NCBI GenBank assembly: GCA_002633005.1
Contig: NMRA01000248.1
Coordinates: 124,001-188,000 of the forward strand
DNA from: Phoronis australis
Lineage: Eukaryota; Animalia; Phoronida
Reading direction: 5' to 3'
DNA: 64,000 bases
Shown here: positions 59,301-64,000 of the stretch, piece after piece
Numbering within the stretch: the first letter of the stretch is position 1
How the letters are laid out: every line of letters starts with the position of its first letter
Program-made: the position numbers and the translations under genes
Notes under the pieces: generated by a model
What the model was told of the DNA's origin: nothing
Seen by the model: only the letters and a program-made list of their open reading frames with translations
The model's database searches: none

Positions 59301-61978
59301 AAAACAGCTCAGCGCACAGCTAACCGGTAACCTAATTAGGCTCAGTGTACGGTGGACTTTAATTCAGCCGAATAGCCGGATAAGGATTAAGGACTGGCCT
59401 GCACCTACCTTGAATAATACACCACGGAACTCTTTTACTTTTTGGTGGAAATATTGCTACTGACGAGTTCTTGTCTGTGCCGAGCTATACATGTAGGTGC
59501 TACGCCAAATTTCCAACCATTTTTCTTTTCCTTTCCATTGTTTCCTTTATTCTATCCCTTTGTTGGCGAACATCTTTGCGCTGTTTTATGACTCTAGGTA
59601 TACAGGTACATTTCGGGTGAACTCGGTGTGCCGGTATTTGAAATGCATAATAAGACTTTGGAGTTTGTTCATTTGGTTGATATAATTTAGATATCCTGCT
59701 TTTTGCTTCTAGTTATGCTTATGCTGCTGCGGTATGTGCTTCATTTTAAAACATAAGATGATTTTTGTCTAAAAAGTCAGACCACTCCACTCATGGCAGT
59801 GTTGTTAATTTGTTGCATGCACAAAGCAGGGGCGGTTTATGGTCTGGGAAAGAAATTTATTATTTCTTGTGTCCAATTGACCTATCGCCATGATTTCAAT
59901 TTGAGTGACGGCTTAACTGACCAATCAGAAATCTTGACTCACCGTTGTTTCCAAGTCGTCATTTTTCCCGACAAAAACACGTTGCCGGGTAAATATTATT
60001 GTTTGTCTACATTTCGTAAGGGGGCGGAGCTTACGATAGGTCAATTGCTCATGGTGGGCTAGGTAAGCATGATGAGGAACAAGTTGGGACTATGTTTGTA
60101 AATCAAAAGTTTGTCTCTTTGATGGAACACAGTTTTGCTACATCTTCAATGCACTTGACACAGTATAGCCTATCACTCGAACGTCCTTGAGGTGAAATGT
60201 ACAGCGCTACATCATTTTCTATGTTTGGAGACGACATCTCCGTGAAAACCAGTGATAACCCACGACATTTGTTTCAGATAACAACTTTATATGCGACTTA
60301 AGTTACTCTGATCGTTTCACTACCAGCGCATATTCTGGGAGTAGCGGCTACGCGCATTTCGAGCACTTCATTTTCGATAGCTATCGAGGTAAGTAACCTT
60401 AATGCAATGACATACGGATACAGACATAAAGCTTTGCGCTGCGCTAGGTATCACAATACTTGATATTAAAGTCCACGTGCTTATGGAAGGATGCATGTTC
60501 CCGTTGTCTCAGCAAGTTTTTCATGGCCATGAAATTACTGTCAAAGTTAATAAACTGTTCTTGGGTAACACTGAGCCCAGGACCAATAACAGAAAAAAAC
60601 ACTATTTGAATTATAGCAAAGGGCCTCGAATAAGGTTAGTATATGGACGGCCATACACAAATACATATAAATTATTACATGGCCAAGTCGTTATCCCCCG
60701 TAATCTAGAGCCCGAGTGGACTTTGGAGAATTATCGTCGGGGCATTGTCATCAACCTTTCTGTATTCAGTTTCGTAGATATCCGCGAATTTCTTTTTTGA
60801 GGGTTTATTAGGAAATAGCCAATACAAAAAGTATACATACCCAGAAAGCGCCAAGATGCATTGTATCAAGACTGAATAGTACAATACAAAGAAATTTATA
60901 TCCTTGAATTGGCTCTGCAGATGTCTCCCGGATCTCTATTTTCCCTCAACAACGCTTGAAAAGCCCCTTGTCGAGAATAAAATGGCCCCTACAAAGCGGC
61001 TGCTTTGGACAATTTATCGGTACATTGATATCATAGACCTCTGCGGCAAATCGCCAGGATTTTGAGTGCCGGCTTAATTGACCAATCAGAACGCAGTATT
61101 CGTGGCAAATTATCGTTCCCAAGCCGCCATTTTACCCGACAAACAACACGTTGTCAGGTAAAACTTATTGGCTGTTTGTCGATTTTTCGCAAAGGAGCAA
61201 AGCTTGCGATAGGTCAATTTGCCACTGGATTGAAGTTGTACGTATCTGTATTAAGTTTCATCGCAACAGCTTTGCTCGATTAATCAATACGCGTAGAAGC
61301 TTGCAGTGACTTTAGCGAATGTTCACACGGGGTATGTTTCATGAAACTATTTTAGTCTTTATCTTAGACCGAAACAACAATGCTGTCATTCCATCACATT
61401 TCACGTTGTGCTTGTTAAGTAATGCTATTGAAATCATGCCAACAGTGAAACTTTGAGACATAAATGTTCTCGAAACAGAGTCCTGTAGACAACCGTACCA
61501 CAATGCCTTGAAAAACGAGCACCATGTTCGCTAGTGAGTAAATTTCGCAGTAGATGAAATTCCTAAAGTTTTTGACGGAAAATTCCACGTAGTGACGTAA
61601 GCACTAAAGTGGTTTTGTCGTGGTTGAGAGGAGGAGGGTCTGGCTGCTTGTCTCCACTCCCCTAACTGTGCCTGTGTTATTCTCTAGCAGACGGTTGCTA
61701 AACAGAGGATTTGTTTTTTGTATATTTTATAGGCAATTACGTGCGTGATTCATTCCTCAAGGTCGAAGGGCATTCCATCGCAAATGACATTATCAAAGTG
61801 TTTTCTGGCAAAGACGTACAAGAATGCATGCAATTATGCTTCGACGATGCCCTTTGCAAGTCTTTTAATTTATTGTACTCAACTGGAAACTGTTTGCTCT
61901 CAAATGTGACCAGACACAGCCAACCTGCCATTTTCCTGGAATCTCAGTACGACTATTACGAATTCATCGGTAGGCGTG
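23318..61978 (+). CDS. Large secreted mosaic lectin: signal peptide - C-type lectin with inserted SUEL domain - 2 resistin-like repeats - at least 4 PAN/Apple domains; probably continues past the window
   Basis: 14 exons with GT-AG ends join in one open frame: 23318-23366, 29184-29361, 30333-30436, 33670-33803, 34007-34166, 38288-38383, 41154-41369, 43508-43654, 44747-44865, 46382-46523, 48993-49238, 53091-53237, 60278-60388, 61733-61978. Additional small exons may have been missed. Confidence 0.82.
25360..25428. repeat. (ATC)n microsatellite
   Basis: Visible imperfect CAT/ATC run. Confidence 0.92.
25541..27515. mobile_element. Cluster of three family B non-autonomous elements: copy A 25541-26025 (+, internally deleted); copy C 26029-27515 (+) interrupted by inverted copy B 26062-26818 (-)
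   Basis: Each copy starts TATACCAC(A/G)ATATTAGC and carries a tRNA-like block (TGGTGTAGTGG A box, GTTCGA B box). Copy A has the full ~155-bp terminal hairpin ending CATGTAATAATCTATA. Copy C reads cagataca|...|accgtgtaat across copy B, as in intact copy A. Confidence 0.85.
28605..28690 (-). mobile_element. tRNA-derived SINE-like relic
   Basis: Reverse strand reads agagcgtctgcatcgttagcagaaggtcctgggttcgggtcccggtcggg, an anticodon-arm and T-arm-like block with no intact acceptor stem. Confidence 0.45.
29184..29361 (+). CDS. Mosaic lectin exon, C-type lectin N-terminal third
   Basis: ttgcag|CA...GA|gtaagt; CKTGWYTWRGQCYKFF...WHNAKDACMAESAMLSSINSAEEMDFV. Confidence 0.92.
30333..30436 (+). CDS. 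Mosaic lectin exon, C-type lectin middle (WIGL-equivalent)
   Basis: cccacag|A...CATG|gtaggt; KHYPASKFYIGLSYGVHGHEWADNSATFYTHFGH; phase 2 to 1. Confidence 0.88.
33670..33803 (+). CDS. Mosaic lectin exon, SUEL/Gal_Lectin N-half
   Basis: ttttcag|GT...GAG|gtaatg; IVCFPNQLSLTCPLGKVLRIHRANFGRTSSNVSGC contains the AN(Y/F)GR motif. Confidence 0.92.
34007..34166 (+). CDS. Mosaic lectin exon, SUEL/Gal_Lectin C-half
   Basis: caacag|AAA...ACAG|gtatga; CISPSSFTIIHSSCHNKTSCTVNQSTSVFGDPCPSEKKYIEVDYDC contains the DPC and KY(L/I) motifs. Confidence 0.93.
34696..35995 (+). mobile_element. 5'-truncated RTE-clade LINE (reverse transcriptase), frameshifted
   Basis: ILFKKG..DIKNYR.MSLL, QTGFR, FIDYEKAFDS, RGVRQGDPISPKLF, LRFTDDVAL, YKYLG, LKWRWGGQVAR, RSRGQPQARWRDDI; frameshift near 35005. 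Confidence 0.93.
38288..38383 (+). CDS. Mosaic lectin exon, C-type lectin C-terminal third
   Basis: atttcag|AT...GAAG|gtaaat; DVNSCTVLDPSVGFSWKDSSCSHRDIGYLCKE matches the C...WxDxxC...YLCK end of a CTL domain; phase 1-1. Confidence 0.88.
38572..38790. repeat. Dispersed repeat, second copy at about 42180-42392
   Basis: Shared blocks catttatcg(a/g)taacc, ggtagcgt(t/c)ccata, cgcgcttac(g/a)cccgtcgca, tacgacgtca(t/c)ttgg. Confidence 0.65.
41154..41369 (+). CDS. Mosaic lectin exon, resistin-like repeat 1 (C-terminal part) plus start of repeat 2
   Basis: ttttag|AA...ACAG|gtaggt; EFPQGVACRCSCPISRWRNYRRTCDCSLCSSNDVSEARCCKP...VECLEIKNHLPHATCPT. Confidence 0.85.
43508..43654 (+). CDS. Mosaic lectin exon, resistin-like repeat 2
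   Basis: ttttag|AT...ACAG|gttagt; DFPTATACSCSNCGAAFEITTDNRCNCTVVATDWTSAQCCRIV. Confidence 0.87.
44747..44865 (+). CDS. Mosaic lectin exon, PAN/Apple domain 1 N-half
   Basis: ttgcag|GT...CAG|gtaatt; YLQIDGIVVDGHDDWTPSSVTSEKECLQACEDQ (CxxxC). Confidence 0.82.
45082..45260. mobile_element. MITE family A, copy 2
   Basis: aattgacctatcgc ... gataggtcaatt inverted termini; interior matches the other copies. Confidence 0.85.
46382..46523 (+). CDS. Mosaic lectin exon, PAN/Apple domain 1 C-half
   Basis: gtacag|GTT...GAAG|gtaaag; GCNSVEF...ACKLS...GYTYYER. Confidence 0.85.
46569..46713. mobile_element. Short hAT-like MITE (CAGGGGCGGATCCAG ... CTAAATCCGTCAGTG)
   Basis: Imperfect inverted termini; related termini at about 825-848 and 9717-9750. 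Confidence 0.55.
47886..48097. mobile_element. Short MITE with 12-bp TIR
   Basis: catgggcgcacc ... ggtgcgcccatg perfect inverted repeat. Confidence 0.6.
48993..49238 (+). CDS. Mosaic lectin exon, PAN/Apple domain 2
   Basis: ttccag|GA...CCAG|gtgaga; SCMTLCLEDSSCKSADFDVSGKICY...FYHFD. Confidence 0.88.
50650..50800 (+). pseudogene. Degenerate THAP-domain fragment (transposon-derived)
   Basis: VDLFTFPRDIGKARIWREFVQGTR matches the THAP F-x-FP-x-D...W...R pattern; flanking frames are broken. Confidence 0.5.
51620..52700 (-). mobile_element. 5'-truncated RTE-clade LINE fragment
   Basis: FIDFRKAFDSI, SGVRHGCLLSPLLF, GIQWTFTKRLDNLEHADDLCLL, GRPVLTWRR, RIRWRSVTEAL; TAAG-type tail near 51622; internal deletions. 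Confidence 0.9.
53091..53237 (+). CDS. Mosaic lectin exon, PAN/Apple domain 3 N-part
   Basis: cttcag|CC...ACAG|gtaagg; AISGYNNERLGVAKNECLKRCHDSVKCKTVDF. Confidence 0.88.
53665..54010. mobile_element. Non-autonomous DNA element end (TTAA-AG terminus, Kolobok-like); second direct copy at about 55680-55985
   Basis: About 280 bp shared: cccttatta(a/c)atggttagaag...gtaccta(t/c)cccataac...ccggaagtacaattcattcaggaacccagg...gcgactggagcagtg. Confidence 0.65.
59874..60047. mobile_element. MITE family A, copy 3
   Basis: caattgacctatcg ... cgataggtcaattg perfect inverted termini. Confidence 0.85.
60278..60388 (+). CDS. Mosaic lectin exon, PAN/Apple domain 3 C-part
   Basis: gtttcag|AT...CGAG|gtaagt; DNNFICDLSYSDRFTTSAYSGSSGYAHFE supplies the missing CxLS and Y/F-E motifs. 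Confidence 0.8.
60669..60742 (-). mobile_element. Family B terminal fragment
   Basis: attattacatggccaagtcgttatccccc...tctagagcccgagtgga...agaattatcg matches 26068-26135. Confidence 0.7.
61033..61219. mobile_element. MITE family A, copy 4
   Basis: atcgccaggattttgagtg...gccgccattttacccgac...gcgataggtcaatt; left terminus altered. Confidence 0.8.
61733..61978 (+). CDS. Mosaic lectin exon, PAN/Apple domain 4
   Basis: tttatag|GC...CGTG|gtaagt; VQECMQLCFDDALCKSFNL...GNCLLSNVTR...YDYYE. Confidence 0.88.
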
Positions 61979-63635
61979 GTAAGTAGAAGGCTCCTGTAAC
62001 TCCAACCAATGGTACTGCCTTTGTTAAAATATGTGTTCATGCATACAAGCAGGTTTGTAGGAAAAAGCGACGGTTTACGCGAAAAGTACAATGGGCAATA
62101 GCTACCCGACCTGGTCAAATACCCTGCGTGGGACGAAAGTTGAATGACACCGGTTCAAAGCGGTTGCATTTAATGAACGCAATGAAATTTCTGATAGTTA
62201 TTTATTAGGGATTTAGTGCAAGAATGTTACTGCATAGGAAAAATAGCACTTAAATTTGTGTACACAGTAACTGGTGACAATAAATTACGAATAAAATGCG
62301 CAACGTTGAGCAGAAATACACAAATTTATACCAGACAACACTTCAACAGTTGTTCGGGGGTTGTCCACAAAGAAATAATTCGAGGTTTTACGCGGGTATG
62401 TTTTTCTTCTGCTTTCTTTTTTGCAAAATTCTGGAATGTGAGTGAGCTCCGACTTAACCGGCCGTTGAACAACGTGACCATCAGGTACCGTGAAAACCGC
62501 CAAAAGAGTTCAGTCTTGTTCAACAAAACAGAGCCCCGGTAATATTTAGCCCCAAGAAATGCATAAGCTTAATTTTTAGGTTATCAGATTCTCGAAGAGG
62601 ATTTGACCATTTTAGAAATCAAAATTTAGATAATTAAGCCGACTAACCGTGATCATCGATTTCGAAAACTTGAACATCCGCGTGGGGTTCAGTCGGTTAA
62701 TTAGTAAAAGACCGGATATGTTTTAAAACGTGTTCCCTTTCACGCTAAAATCGATCAAATCTAAGCATGAATCCTACGCTGTTACTGGAAAAGCAAACAA
62801 ACTCAGCTTTCTAACCAAGGAACCTGGCCATTTTTGATAATGTTTAATTCATCTCAGACCGCAGTCCAGAGCTCGATGTCGTTCCCAAATGCTCAATATT
62901 CTTCGGCTCATAACCTCCTTATTTCGCATAAACCCAAAAGATTATGTAGAAAAATATTCAAATTTGATCATCATATCTCAAAAATGACTGATCAGATTCA
63001 TATACAATGCTTAACGCCCTCCTCTCCTAAATGCTACTGTTGTGTTTTTGAAATCGATCCCTTGTGCGATGGATTTTATGAGATTTTATGAATTTGGTGA
63101 TTTTCATGAAAAAAACATCAAAAGTGGCATGAAACGAAAACGAAACTACACTTTAGGAAACTTTAGCACAGATTTTGAGATTTCATCTTGAACATTTATA
63201 TCAAACGAAAGTTGGTCCTGTTATTCATACCTTTGTTGTGCTATGAATATATGTTTCTTTTTACAAAAAAAGTCTAAAAGGGCATGGTCACGTGACTTAA
63301 TTAGTGACACACAGTTGATATGAAGTCAATCATCAAAGTCTACAGGATTTTGCTTTACGAAGATCTTTACTTTTACAGAGTTTTTCGGTTGTTAAACCAA
63401 TTGTTCCCTTTTGACTCCGTATCAGTAGGTATTGTGGGACATTAGAAACTTTTAATTTTCATGTTTTCGATTTTATGTCAAATATTACCATGCCTTTTAA
63501 TGAAATTATACAAAAGGGTGTATTCATAGCAAACGCTATGGTATCAGAAACACGACATTTTTTACATAAATGTTGAAGATGAATTCTCAACTTAGTTGTT
63601 GCACCACGTGAATATCGTTTTGTTTTCGATTGATT

Positions 63636-63785
63636 GTACTTCGGGAGCAAGTTTTCTGTTATACAGAATTTGTTGAATGCACGACACTTTTCATTGTTCA
63701 CGGTCTTTATTCCGTTGCGTTCATACTTTCTGAACAAAACTCTACTCTCAACTGAACATAGATACAGTAAATGACCTAGTGACAT
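63636..63785 (-). mobile_element. Possible Penelope-like element N-terminal fragment
   Basis: MSLGHLLYLCSVESRVLFRKYERNGIKTVNNEKCRAFNKFCITENLLPKY resembles the R..E...K...FN..C...LLP.Y N-terminus recalled for invertebrate Penelope ORFs; no RT follows. Confidence 0.4.
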
Positions 63786-64000
63786 AATTAAAAGACACAC
63801 GATATTTCGAAACATACTTGTTACATTCTCAAGTGAAGATAAAATGACGCAGTAATGCCACCACAGAGTATAAGCTGACAACACACACAGTGAGACACGG
63901 CGGGTGTGAAATACTGCAAAGAATGACTAATGAAGGGGGTAACAGGAAAGTCACGCAAACAAGTGTAACGACCCTGTTTGCTGCTCATTCAAAACAGGCT

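Overview
AT-rich, intron-rich animal genomic DNA, most likely a marine invertebrate (inferred from gene and repeat content only), with a 575-nt assembly gap at 11461-12035. I could assemble three spliced genes by hand, all on the + strand. (1) The last five coding exons of a DCST1 (DC-STAMP domain / SPE-42 / Sneaky family) gene, 1616-6862, with a C-terminal RING-like finger and a long Ser/Tyr/Asp-rich tail. (2) A two-coding-exon secreted inhibitor-cystine-knot (ICK, toxin-like) prepropeptide, 12106-12432. (3) A large secreted mosaic protein, 23318 to beyond 61978. Its order is signal peptide, a C-type lectin domain with a complete SUEL (rhamnose/galactose-binding) lectin domain inserted into its long loop, two resistin-like Cys-rich repeats, and at least four PAN/Apple domains; module boundaries fall on phase-1 introns. 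Introns and spacers hold many decayed transposons: RTE LINE fragments, an RT-less non-LTR relic, a THAP-bearing ISL2EU/PIF-like element interrupted by a hAT-like insert with a 13-bp array, MITE families, and a self-nested element with a tRNA-like segment. Most short ORFs in the supplied track are noise. All family assignments are by motif recognition, not database search.
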